Assembly: GCF_032444005.1 (NCBI RefSeq) | Contig: NC_091283.1 | Coordinates: 271,002,001-271,066,000, forward strand | Direction of reading: 5' to 3' | Source of the DNA: Ranitomeya imitator | Taxonomy: Eukaryota | Length of the DNA: 64,000 nt | Shown here: in pieces, positions 37,235 to 49,269 of the stretch | Layout: each line of letters begins with the position of its first letter | Numbering within the stretch: position 1 is the stretch's first letter | Notes under the pieces: model-generated | What the model saw: the letters and a program-made list of their open reading frames with translations, nothing else | The model's database searches: none | Told to the model about the DNA's origin: nothing | Program-made: the position numbers and the translations under genes

Positions 37235-38140
37235 CAACCCTAACCCCAACACACCCCTAACCCTAATCCCAAACCGATCCATAATCCTAATCACTAACCC
37301 TAACGATAATCACAACCCTTACCCCAAAACAACCCTAATGTCAACCCTAACCATAACCCTAATCAAAACCCTAAATCCAACACACCCCTAATCCTAATCT
37401 CAACCCTATCCTCAAACCTAACCCTAATCCCAATACACCCCTAATCACAACCCTAACCTTAACCCTAATCCCAAACCTAACCCTAATCCCAAGCGTAACC
37501 CTAATGCCAACCCTAACCCTAATACCAACCCTAATCCAAACCCTAACCCTAATCCCAACTCTAACCCTAACTTTAGCCCCAACCCTAGCCCTAAGGCTAC
37601 TTTCACACTTGCGTCGTTTGGCATCCGTCGCAATCCATCGTTTTGGACAAAAAACGGATCCTGCAAATGTGCCCGCAGGATGCGTTTTTTGCCCATAGAC
37701 TTGTATTGCCGACGGATCATGACGGATGGCCACACGTCGCGTCCGTCGTGCACTGGATCAGTTGTGTTTTGGCGGACCGTCGGCACAAAAAACGTTCAAT
37801 GTAACGTTTTTTTGTACGTCGCGTCCGCCATTTCTGACGGCGCATGCGTGGCCGTAACTCCGCCCCCTCCTCCCCAGGACATAGATTGGGCAGCAGATGC
37901 GTTGAAAAACTACATCCGCTGCCCACGTTGTGCACAATTTTCACAACGTGCGTCGGTATGCCGGGCCGACGCATTGCGACGGCCCCGTACTGACGTAAGT
38001 GTGAAAGAAGCCTAACCCTAAATTTAGCCCCAACCCTAAATTTAGCCCCAACCCTAACCCTAAATTTAGCCCTAAACCTAGGCCTAACCCTAGCCCTAAT
38101 CCAAGCCCTAACCCTAGCCCTAACCCTAATTTTAGCCCCA
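37235..38140. repeat. Degenerate telomere-like (AACCCT)n array inside the piggyBac element, split by a MITE
   Basis: CCCTAA/CCCTAG/CCCAAA hexamers at 37235-37594 and 38013-38140. Confidence 0.85.
37595..38012. mobile_element. PIF/Harbinger-type MITE (418 bp)
   Basis: TIRs GGCTACTTTCACACT / AGTGTGAAAGAAGCC; TAA target duplication on both sides. Confidence 0.88.
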
Positions 38141-38883
38141 ACTGCTTTTCTCCTGCCGGCCGGCAGATGGCGACAGATGGCGGGCGCACTGCGCATGCGC
38201 CCGCCATTTTCTTTTGCCAAGAAGATGCCGGCGGCCAGGAGGAGCAGCAGGAGGACCCAGGGACACTGGTGAGTATAATAGGGTCCCCAAATCCCCCTAT
38301 TTCTCTGTCCTCTGATGTGCGATCACATTAGAGGACAGAGAATTACACTTTGCTTTTTTTTTTTTTTTTTTGCGGTCGCCGGTAAACAGTTAATCACCGG
38401 CGATCGCAAAACAGGGGTCGGTAAAACCGACCCCGATCATGTTCTTTGGGGTCTCGGCTACCCCTGGCAGCCAAGACCCCAAAGATTCCCCCGGTGCCGG
38501 CCGGCGGGCGCACTGCGCATGCGCCCGCCATTTTGAATATGGCGGCGCCCATCGGGAGCCACGAGGAGCACCGGGGGAGACAGGTAAGTATTGGGGGGCT
38601 ACCTGGGACCCCATTTCTCTGTCCTCTGATGTGCGATCACATCGGAGGACAGAGAAATTAAAAAGAAATCGCGTTTTTTTTTTTTTGCGATCGCCGGTAA
38701 ACGGTTAATTACTGGCGATCGCAAAAGCGGGGACGGTAAAAAAAACCCCGAATCATGTTCTCTGGGGTCCGACTCTGGGGGCGCTATTTACTTTTTCCAC
38801 AGCGCCGTTAATTAACGGCGCTGTGGTTTAAGTACCCTTAGCGGCCGCCGTTAAAAGGCATATCGGCGGTCGTTAAGGGGTTA

Positions 38884-38897
38884 ATATATATATATAT

Positions 38898-38956
<59 letters not shown>
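38884..38956. repeat. (TA)n microsatellite
   Basis: Direct reading. Confidence 0.97.
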
Positions 38957-38960
<4 letters not shown>

Positions 38961-39488
38961 AAACACAGCAGCACATGTATATGAATCTAGGCCATGTGAA
39001 AACACAGACAAATATTCGATATGAATCATACTACTCAAAAAAATTTTTTCATAAAACTTACAGTTATGGATAAAATGAAGATTCTTAGCGCATACATTGG
39101 CCAATTCATGTGTGCCCATGAACCACGGCAAGGTGATCTCCCTCTGATGGGTCCTACTCTACTGTACATGCCACTCTTGGGCCACCAGCCTACAACTTAG
39201 GACAAACATGTCACTCTGGGCTAAACCTACAATCTATGGGCAAGTAGAGATGATTACCGCCACCTGCAAGGTCAATGGGAGGAGTGCAAGATCAGTCTGG
39301 ATGCAGCCACATCCATACACTAAACAAAGAAAAAAAACCAACCAGCACTCCCAATGTGAACATATGCAAGCTGCAAGCTGTATCATATAGATATAAAGAA
39401 ACACAGCAGCACATGTATATGAATCTAGGCCATGTGAAAACACAGACAAATATTCGATATGAATCATACTACTCAAAAATATTTTTTC

Positions 39489-39532
<44 letters not shown>

Positions 39533-39914
39533 CTACTCTAACTGTCCCGCCACCCCTGATCCAGCTCTGGCCACAAAGTTCAGGAATCATCCGAGCTAGG
39601 ATCAGGCCCCAAAGTTTTTCCCCAGGCGGGGCCTGGGCCAGGCCAGATCAGTCTCTTATCACCGCCGTTGAACCCCCCAATCCCCCCACCCAACCTAACT
39701 AAGACCCTCTATTATACACACTATATACAATATATACAATACACTATATACAATATATACATAAACCAACATCACAGAACACAACCTACATACTCACCAC
39801 CCGAGGCTCAAGTTCGATGCCTGCAAACCTTCTATTCAGGGAACAGAAATACAAAACAAAAGTCTAGGGTGTTAAGACATCAGCCCACCACCAGGATATA
39901 GGAGCGCTAATGGA

Positions 39915-42900
39915 CTAAGGCACCTGGAAGGAGAAACCCCTCCAGAGATGGGCCGCCCTCCGGGCACCCAGTCTTTCGCACTCCAGAGAACGCACCTTCA
40001 CCAGGGCACCTAGGATGCTGCTACAAACTTCATCTACATGGAGGATTTTACTCTGCGTCGAAACTAAAACTCGTGCGTTCCACGTGAAATACCTGACCAC
40101 TGCGCTGACTAAGAATAAAGTGGCTCGGTCCCTTCTCCCGAGGTCTCTGAACGCTCCATAGGCCCACTCGGCATAGGACAGAGTGGCCAGCCGTGGCCAA
40201 CCAATGGAAGCGCCCACCCTGTTGTACACCTCTGTATTAAAGGGACAATGAAGCAGGAAGTGCTCCATGCTTTCCAGCATGGTAGTGCAAGCCTCACGGG
40301 GACAATTCCTGTCCACGGAGCTCCTGTGCTTCAAATTGTCCCTCACATACAACTTATCTTGGAAGCAGCGCCAAGTCAAGTCCCAATATTTCTTGGGGAT
40401 CCTGCTAGAATTTAACAAACTCAACCCAACCTCTAGATCCCGACTCGGGCAGTCCTTGAGGACCAATAATCTCTGAAAATGCGAAAGCAAGACCCGCATG
40501 TCGAGGAGTTTCCTCGGGAGGGACCTCACTTCCCACATTCCCAGACCCCACCGGCGCATCATTTTCAGAACCGGGGTAACATAAGCCGGGAGATGCCCGT
40601 GCGGTGTGCGAAGATCCTTCAATCTTCCCCCTGTCTCCCATTCCTGGAAGAAAGGCTGAAACCATCCTTTGCAGGAGAATACCCACGGAGGAGCCCTCTC
40701 TTTCCAGAGGTTTGCCACGTTAACTTTCATAAAGGTGTTCACTAGAAACACCACGGGGTTCACCATATTCAACCCCCCTAGTCTCCTCGTGCGATAAGTG
40801 ACCTCCCGTTTGACTAGGTTTAGTCTATTCCCCCATAACATCTGGAAGAACAGACTGTAGACCCGTGTCCAGAGAGGCTCCGGCAAGACACAGACGCTGC
40901 CCAGGTAGATTAGCAAGGGGAGCAGGAAAGCTTTGCACAGGTCAACCCTTTCCCTCAGGGTCAAAGACCAACCCTTCCATTGGTCCACTCTTTGGGCGAC
41001 ACCTTTGATTCTGCCTTCCCAGTTTTTTGTGGGGTAATCTCCCTGGCCAAATTCGATGTCTAGGACTTTGGCATGTTGTTGGGGTTCGGGGAGGGTGTCC
41101 GGAAGATCAAACGTGGGATCCCCGCCTCCCAGCCAGAGACTCTCACGCTTGTCCTGGTTGACCTTGGACCCGGATACCTCCGAGTAGCTCTCCACTTCTG
41201 ACATCACCACCATCGCCTCCTCTTGCGAAGAAACAAAGACTGTAACGTCGTCTGCGTAGGCCACTACCCTCAGGATAGCCTCTGGCGCCAACCCGTCCAT
41301 CCTCACCCCCGCCAACGGTCCACAATCAACCCTTCTGAGGAAGGGATCGATCACAAATGCGTAAAGCAAAGGGCTAAGAGGGCAGCCCTGGCGGACACCA
41401 GATCCCACCCCGAAAGGTTGTCCAATCCACCCGTTTACCAGAGGGAAAGTCTCAGCCCCTGCGTATAAGGTCTTAAGCCAGTCCACAAACCCTCCAGGCA
41501 GACCATACCTCAAAAGAGTGGACCAGAGGTACTCGTGGTCGACCCGATCAAAGGCTTTTGCCTGATCCAGGGTCAGCAAGAACCCCTTCCAAAGGCCTGC
41601 CCTGCCCCGCTCCATGGCCTCTCGGACACCCAGAACAGCACTGAAAGTGCTACGGCCAGGAACGAAACAGTGCTGGGCCTCCGAAAGGAGCCGTGGCGCA
41701 AACTTCACCAGCCTGTTGAAGAGTATCTTAGCCAAAACTTTCCTGTCCACATTGAGAAGTGATATGGGACGCCAATTCTCAATGCGTGACGGATCCTTAC
41801 CCTTTGACAAAATGATCAAAGCCGACCTCCTTAATGATCTCGGCAGAGTGCCGGAGGAGAAACACTCATTAAACACCTGAGTCAAGAGGGGGACCAAGGA
41901 GTCCATAAAGGTCTTAAAGAACTCGGATGTTAAGCCATCCGGACCTGGCGATTTTTTTGGGCCGGAGCCCATCGATCGCCAGTCTCACTTCCTCTTCTTT
42001 GATCGCTTCTGTCAAACCACCCAGCGAGAGGTCAGCCCCTGGCTCTGGAACAGCTTCAGCCAGGAAAGCCGACATCCTGTCACGATCCAGTTCCTTCCTT
42101 CCCAAGAGGTGCGAGTAGTATGAACTGACGACCTCCAAGATCCCTGATCTGGACCTTCTCAGGGATCCCGTACTGTCCATCAGCCCTGTCACTATCTTAC
42201 TATTCACTGACATCTTGCAGCTTCTGTAAGGGTTGGGTGAGTAGTACTTCCCGTAGTCCCTCTCAAAAACCAAAGATGCGTGCCTATCGTACTGACACCT
42301 CTTTAGCAAGGATTTCACACTGGAGATCGCCTCGCGGCTACCCCCAGTCGAGACAAGATGCTCGAGTTTCCTCCTCAGGCTCTGATACAGGCGATCCCTG
42401 TTCAGGCTTCTGAGGTTCGAGAGTTGCCGGAAGAATCTCGCCACCCGATGTTTGAACATCTCCCACCACTCAGACTTAGTGTTACTTAGGCCCAGCAGCG
42501 GTACCTGGCTCTGAAGAAATTCCTCAAAGGACCGTCTTACAGCTTCTTCCTCAAGGAGTGACGAATTCAGCTTCCAATAACCTCTTCCCATCCGAAGAGT
42601 CTCTGTAACGCTCAGAGAAAACATAATCAAACAGTGATCGGAGAATTCCACTTCCACAACCGACAACGGCGAGGAGACGGCCTGCTCCTTCAAATAAAAC
42701 CTGTCTATCCTAGACCTGCACTGACTACCTCTAAAAAAGGTGAACCCCGCGTGGCCTGTGTTGTGCCGGATGTAGACATCCACCAGGCGTGCCTCACTTA
42801 CTATCCTATTTAGCGTGACGCAATCGTAAGCCAGCCGGTCTCCGGAACCTCCTCTATCACAGGGTCTCGTGACGTTATTGAAATCCCCTCCAAAGACCAC

Positions 42901-43319
42901 CTGCCGGCTCGAAAATAAGAAAGGTTTGATCTTCATGAAGAGACACTTGCGGTCCCACTTGGACTGGGGACCGTAAATGTTAATGAGCCGAAGCTCCTGA
43001 CCCCCATGGAGACATCTAGGATCAAGCATCTCCCCATTTCTAACTCGATCAATCGTCTGCATTCAACCGCTGCGGTCTTAAAAAGGACCGCCACCCCGCT
43101 ATACGGCTCGGCTGCAAGAGACCAGTAGGAGGGCCCGTGCCTCCACTCCCGCCTTGCCTTATGCATGGTTGATAGGTCGGTCAACCTAATCTCCTGCAAA
43201 AACAAAATGTCGGCGTCAAGTTGGCCGAGAAAATGAAAGGCCATGTACCTTGCCGCTTCTGACTTTATGCTGGCAACATTAATGGTTGCCAGCGTCAACG
43301 GGGTGGGTGCCACCATCAT
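39915..43319 (-). pseudogene. Tx1 ORF2 (APE endonuclease + reverse transcriptase), ~1134 aa if two homopolymer indels are corrected
   Basis: TINVASI, ILFLQE, GGDFN, FSDH, WRPISLLNVDRK, LDQAKAFDRV, GVRQGCPLSP, YADD; frameshifts at ~43001-43005 and ~41952-41958. Confidence 0.9.
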
Positions 43320-46300
43320 GATTGATTGAATTAGATAGCGTTTTTCTTCCCACCCCCAACAGTTTCACCCTCTTCCTCTGACAATGATGAGTTTTTAGTG
43401 CACTTAAGACAAACAGACTCATCCATTCTCTCCTTACATACACTCTGGCCCTTGTCTGGTGGTCCTGAGGTAGTCCCCCCCAGAAGGCTTTGTATTTGCC
43501 CCCTGAGAAGAAGACCCAGCGACCTCCTGAGCCCCAACAACCTTGTCCGCAACCTCTGGCCCCGGGTCCCCATCGCCCCCCTCTGGAGGGGAGTCCTGGA
43601 GGGCCCGGATCGCACTCCAAGGAGGAGGCTCGAGGCCCGGACCCCCTCTTATCCTTAGTTGTTTTCCTGTTACTCTTTTTCTTTTGCTGTGACCACTCGG
43701 CCTCTCCCTCATCCAGACTGTCACCGGATGAAGGTTCCTGGGCAGACATGGCGTCCTTTTGCTCCTCCCTTTCAAGTCTCTTGACTTCCTCGCTCAATTC
43801 GCTGTCTTTAGGATCCTCAGCTGCAAGTGAAGCACCCGGGTCAGAGTTTAGGGTCATTACTCCCTGCCCCCTGTTCCCATGGCGCTGCTCCTGCCGCCTG
43901 ATATTGGATGGCGGCAGCCTGCTCCTCACCGGTTTCCTGCCTCCTCCGCCTCTGCTGGTCCCTTCACCGGCGAGATTGGTCCCGGCTTTCGCCTGTCCCA
44001 CACTCGCCGCTTTCAGGACCGCATTGGCAAAGGAACGTGGACAGCGACTGAACGGGTGACCGAGGTCACCACACAAGTTACACCTAATCCTGCCACAGGT
44101 AGCAGCGAGATGGCCGAGGTCCCCACACAGTGCGCATTTCTGGGTGGTACACTGCGCACTGAAGTGTGTGGGGCTGCCGCACCAGTGAGACCTTAGGCTG
44201 CCCCCGGTAGAAAATCAAGATCCTGTCCCTCCCCAAAAATGTTGAGGAAGGGATATGGGTAACGGTGTTTCCTGAACCCTTCAATTTCACCATGAAGGTC
44301 CAGGCTCCTGACCAGATACCATGCTCATCGAGGGTCTTCTCGGGAATACCGACGATGTCGCCGTATCGCCCAACCCAGGTGGAGATGTCGACACAGGAAA
44401 GTGACTCGTTACTGGTCAAAACGGTCACCTTCCTGACTGAGTTCTGGCGGGATATTGCTACAGCGAGGAAACCCCGCCATTCGGGGCGACCCCAAGCCAG
44501 CTCGTGGCGAGACCAGAAAAGCTCAAGGCCCTCCGGTCTCACGAAGCTGACATCGAAGTAGGAGGTCCCATAGGGATGGATCAAGGCAAAGATGTCATAT
44601 GCCGCGAAGCCCATCCCCAGCAGGAGCTCAGCAACCTTTGACCGATCAGGACAGGCATCCTTGCTTACCCACTGGAGACGGGCCACATTCCTACGGTTAC
44701 TCCTCTGCCCCGTTGTCGGCAGAGACCAGTCTCTGCCCCGCTATCTCGCAAGGCGGAAAGACCGTGTCGCTCTATCCAGAAAGACAGATCAACCTCCCTC
44801 CCCTCTACATTGATGGAACTCTCCCCTCTCCTCAGGGCGTCCAGGAAGCGCTGTTGCAAGTCACCATCCTCAGGGTCACCAGACAAGGGCGCACTACTAC
44901 CCCCAGCAGTGACAGCTCCTGAATAGCTTGGGGCTGAAGCCCCTGCCACCGCTGGGGGGGGCAGCGGGACCACTACCTGCTTCCCCTCCACCAACACCAG
45001 TAATGCTCTCCTCATTCACTCCACCACTACTCCCATCATTTGCAACATCACTACTCCCATCATTCACTCCACCACTACTGTCACCATTCGCTCCACCACT
45101 ACTCCCACCATTCACTCCACCACTACTCCCACCATTCACTCCACCACTACTCCCATCATTCACTCCACCACTACTACCATCATTCACTCCACCACTACTC
45201 CCACCATTCACTCCACCACTACTCCCACCATTCACTCCACTACTACTCCCATCATTCCCCTTACCATTGCCACCACTTCCCGTCACTTTATTACCAGTAT
45301 TGGCACCACCATTTTTCCCAGTGTTCTCTGCACCTTCCACAGTAACATCCATTCCTTCCTCACTTGTGCCTGGCTTCTCTGCACTCACACCTGCTGGACC
45401 GGGGGAGGGGTGCAGCACCACACCCGGTTTCCCTTGATTGGTGCTCTGTTGTGTCTCTGGAGCTCCTTGCCCCCCCACTGCAGCAGTTTGCATTTTATTA
45501 TTCTGGGCTCGCTGCTTGTTGGGGGGCGCCGCCTGCCCCGCACCCACAGACTTCGGGGTCCTGGTGTCACGTTTGGGCGCTGGAGCACTCTGTCCCCCCG
45601 TCGCAGCAGGGCGCCCAGTGTTCCCTGCAGTTGATTTTTCCTGCTTTTTTTTGTCCTTTTTGGACTCGCTGCTCTCCTGTCGCAGCCGCATGCCTCTTCT
45701 CTGCTGAGGCGCACTGCGCCGCTGTCACAACAGTGCGCCCCCCTTTCGCCGCACCAAGTTTCTCGGACCTGCTCCCCACAGGGCCGGCTCAGCCGTAGTG
45801 AGCAGGGATGGAGTCTGCCCACACCATCCCCCTTTCGCTAACGGCGTGGACATCCCCCTTGCCCCCCTCAGCCCCGGTGAGAACCGGCTTAGCCGCAGAG
45901 GGCAGTGAGGGAAACTTCTCGGGGTCCCCTATGTCCGGCTCCGTGAGTACCACCACAACCTTGCCCCCTGCACTGTTCCCCGCACAGACGGCAGCACCGC
46001 CGGACGTCCTCCTCCTCTCCCCACCTTGCCTATGCCCCGGACCCACTGCAGAGCCCATGCCTTTAGGTTTGGTGGGGTTTACACAGGAGGCGGTATGTGT
46101 AACATCATCCATCAGTACATATCTGTAACTCACCACCTCCCGTGCAGTCTCCTTCCTTGTCTTCTTCCTCTTCTTGGATTCCTCTGCTGGCTCGTCCTCA
46201 CCAAAGGAAAAGCGGTCCAGGTTCACTGGAGACTCCAGCTGTCGGATCTCCTCTAGCAGACCGCCCTCCTCCTCTTCCTCCGCTGACACTCCAGCCTGTG

Positions 46301-46959
46301 CTGTCGGAGTCCTCTGCCGTGCCGGGAGGCCGCTCCCCTGTTGTCGGCTCTGCGACTCACTCTCCCGGCTTGTTCCAGCTTGTAGGACTCCAGTCACAGC
46401 CACGTCGTCGTCGTCCTCCTCCTCGTCGCTTAGGACGCCGGCTGGCGGCTCTCCTGAGGTATTTAACCCCTTCATTTCTGAGAACCGCCGCTGGTTCTTA
46501 AACCTCTCCAGGAAGGGACCTGCGCTTTTCTCAATCCCCTCCCGGAAGAGCACTAACCGGACCACCTCATCTCTGAGGGCTCTGAACCTCTGGGAGGTCG
46601 CGGGTTTCTCTTTGTTAGAGGCTTGGGTGTTCAAGACCCGAGCCACCCGCAGCTTCTCCTTCAGCCCGGTCAGTGCTTTGCCGGCGTCCTCGTACTCACG
46701 TAGCATGGCGACCACTCGGGAGGAGAAGGTACTCGAGGACTCGCCGGAGCTCGTCTCCCCCCAGATGTTCTTGGGCTCTCCTTCCTGGGGCGCCCCTGTC
46801 TCCCTCTCTGGGCGGACGATGAGCCGTCTCAGGGTTGGTGTAGGTGGGTATGGTTCTTCTCACCCGTCCCGACCTCCTCAGTCCCTCTTGGGCCGGTTGC
46901 TGCTGCTGCTCTCTGTCCCCCGCCGGCACAGACCGGGGAACAGAAGCCTGGGAAGCCAT
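43279..46959 (-). pseudogene. Tx1 ORF1 (gag-like), fragmented by several frameshifts
   Basis: ATG in strong context at 46959; three CX2CX4HX4C knuckles at ~44035-44190 when reframed; FALIHPYG...FDVSF and RDRILIFYRGQPK segments typical of Tx1 ORF1; 24-bp repeat at 45010-45270. Confidence 0.75.
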
Positions 46960-47149
46960 GCCGGCCTCCCAGGAAGCCTGCCTCTCCCTGGGGAGAAGAG
47001 AGGCCGACTCTGGGCCTCCTGCTGGAAGTGCTGGAGCTCACAAGGCAGGTGCTGCTCCTAGCAGGGTGTGGCTGATTGTGGGCACCTGTCCTCCAGTCAC
47101 CTCCAGAGCTGCAGTCTGGAGATCTTTATACAAGGGGTCTGTATATAGA

Positions 47150-48092
47150 GGGTCTAATTTGTGCTCTGTATACAGGAGGGTCTCGTCTTGGCTCTGTATA
47201 CAAGGCGTCTAGTCTGGGGTCTGTACACAGGGGTTCTGATCTGGGGTCTGTATACAGGGGGTCTGGTATCTGTATACAGGAGGTCTGGTCTGGGGTCTGT
47301 ATACAGGGGGTCTGGTCTGGGGTCTGTATACAGGGGGTCTGGTCTGGGATCTGTATGCAGGAGGTCTGGTCTGGGGTCTGTATACAGGGGGTCTGGTCTG
47401 GGGTCTGTATACAGGGGGTCTGGTCTGGGGTCTGTATACAGGAGGTCTGGTCTGGGGTCTGTATACAGGTCTGGTCTGGGTCTGTATACAGGGGGTCTGG
47501 TCTTGGGTCTGTATACATGGGGTCTGGTCTGTATACAAGAGGCCTGGTCTGGGGTCTGTATACAGGAAGCTCTGGTCTGTTGTTTTTACACAGGGCGTTT
47601 GGTATGGGGTCTGTATACAGGGGGTCTGTAAACTGGAGGTCTGGGGTCTGGTCTGGGGTCTCTGCAGGAAGTGTTGTCTGGGGTTTTTATACAGGGGGTC
47701 TGGTCTGGGGTCTGTATACAGGGGGTCTGGTCTGGGGTCTGTATACAGGGGGTTTGGTCTGGGATCTGTATACAGGAGGTCTGGTGTGGGGTCTGTATGC
47801 AGGAAGTCTGGTCTGGAGTTTTTATACAGGGGGTCTGTAATCTGGAGGTCTGTATACAGGAGGTCCGGGGTCTGTATACAGGGGGCCTGGGCTGGGGTCT
47901 GTATACAGGGGTTCTGATCTGGGGTTTGTATATAGGGGGTCTGGTCTGGAGTCTGTGTACAGGAGGTCTGATCTGGGATCTGTATACAGGAGGTCTGATC
48001 TGGGATCTGTATACAGGTGGTCTGGGGTCTGTATACAGGGGGCCTGGTCTGGGGTCTGTATACAGGGGGTCTGGTTTGGGGTCTGTATACAG
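47150..48092 (-). repeat. ~27-bp minisatellite (TATACAGGGGGTCTGGTCTGGGGTCTG)n
   Basis: Reverse complement of the 19965-20460 unit. Confidence 0.9.
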
Positions 48093-48572
48093 CTGATGCT
48101 CCCTCCTCCATCATTGCTTTCAACTGTATTGGCATCTAGGATGCCGGGCAAAAGTGTGATTCCAGGCAGGTGACCTGCTCAGCATCGCGGGCCAAATATA
48201 CTCCCCCTGCAGGCCAGGGTTTAATATGTTTACAAGTCTAAACTAATACAGACCCCAGGCCAGACTCCCTCCAAAAAGGTGAGGTGCACAGCTTCCTTTA
48301 TTGTCCATGTGTATGGTGCCAGGCTGGGCAGTGGGCGGATGTATCTAGTCTGGCGGGGGGGCACATATACCAAGCGATGCTCATTCTCTAATTTTATTTG
48401 TCTGCACAGTAGTCACAAAAAATAATTATTTACATACATGTTACCATCAGCTCCCATCATTGGGTACAGATACAGATACGCAGGTGCCAGTGTGAGCGCA
48501 GCGCATGGACATAATCAGAATCACCGATCAGACATGTATCACACAACCTAATAGGTGATCTATGTCCTTTAA

Positions 48573-48947
48573 AGGGAATCGGGCATTTGCCATAAATCTG
48601 TCATTTTTTCTATTTGGTGTAAATGCCGCCGTTCTCCCGAATCCAGGGGTGTTTTTCTTTTGTCCCTACGCCTCTGTATTACAGACATATGGCCCTTTCT
48701 TCCCTATGTATAAATCTAGTTTATGTAGTCAAGGGGGGCGTGTTTCTAAGACAACCTCTCAGGAGGAAGAGTTCAGGACCACGCCCACAGTGCTAACAAG
48801 ACTAGATTTACAGACAGGAAAGAAGGGGTTGTATCTCAGGAAAGGAGAGGTGCAGGATCAAAAGAAAAACAGCGCCGGATTCAGGAGAACAGTGGCATTA
48901 ATACGAGTATACAAAAATACATATTTATGGCAAGTGACAAATCCCCT
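48573..48947. mobile_element. Kolobok/T2-type MITE (375 bp)
   Basis: TTAA|AGGGAATCGGGCATTTGCCATAAAT ... ATTTATGGCAAGTGACAAATCCCCT|TTAA. Confidence 0.8.
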
Positions 48948-49269
48948 TTAAGGGATAAAAATTTTAATTTTAATTGCCATTGCACAGTGCTTAATAGATT
49001 ACAATAGTTTTGCATTATAAGGTGGTAGTGACGCTGTATGACATTGTAAAGAAATCGTATGAGGCCCAGTGTACACCATATGGCATGATTAATTCTATAC
49101 TATTTAACTATGCACCACATAGTCACCAACACAAAAGGTAATACGCAGACACCATCCTGGATATGTTATCAGATAAACGTCCAATACTAGAATCACCTTC
49201 TTGATTGGGGCCAGTTTAGGGGCGCAGGAGCTTCATTAGGCCTAAAGTACTTTTAAGAGAAGTAAGTCC

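Larger units (their letters stand above)
35195..38880. mobile_element. Non-autonomous piggyBac-type element (3.7 kb)
   Basis: TTAA|CCCCTTAGTGAC ... GTCGTTAAGGGG|TTAA; at least four internal ~390-bp tandem units (anchors 35919, 36314, 36703, 37090); no transposase ORF. Confidence 0.85.
39535..47000 (-). mobile_element. Near full-length L1-clade Tx1-like non-LTR retrotransposon
   Basis: ORF1 with CCHC knuckles followed by APE endonuclease-RT ORF2; outer boundaries approximate. Confidence 0.92.

Noticed and set aside
37235-38140. True telomere or chromosome-fusion scar
   Set aside because: Short, degenerate, single orientation, and enclosed by transposon TIRs.
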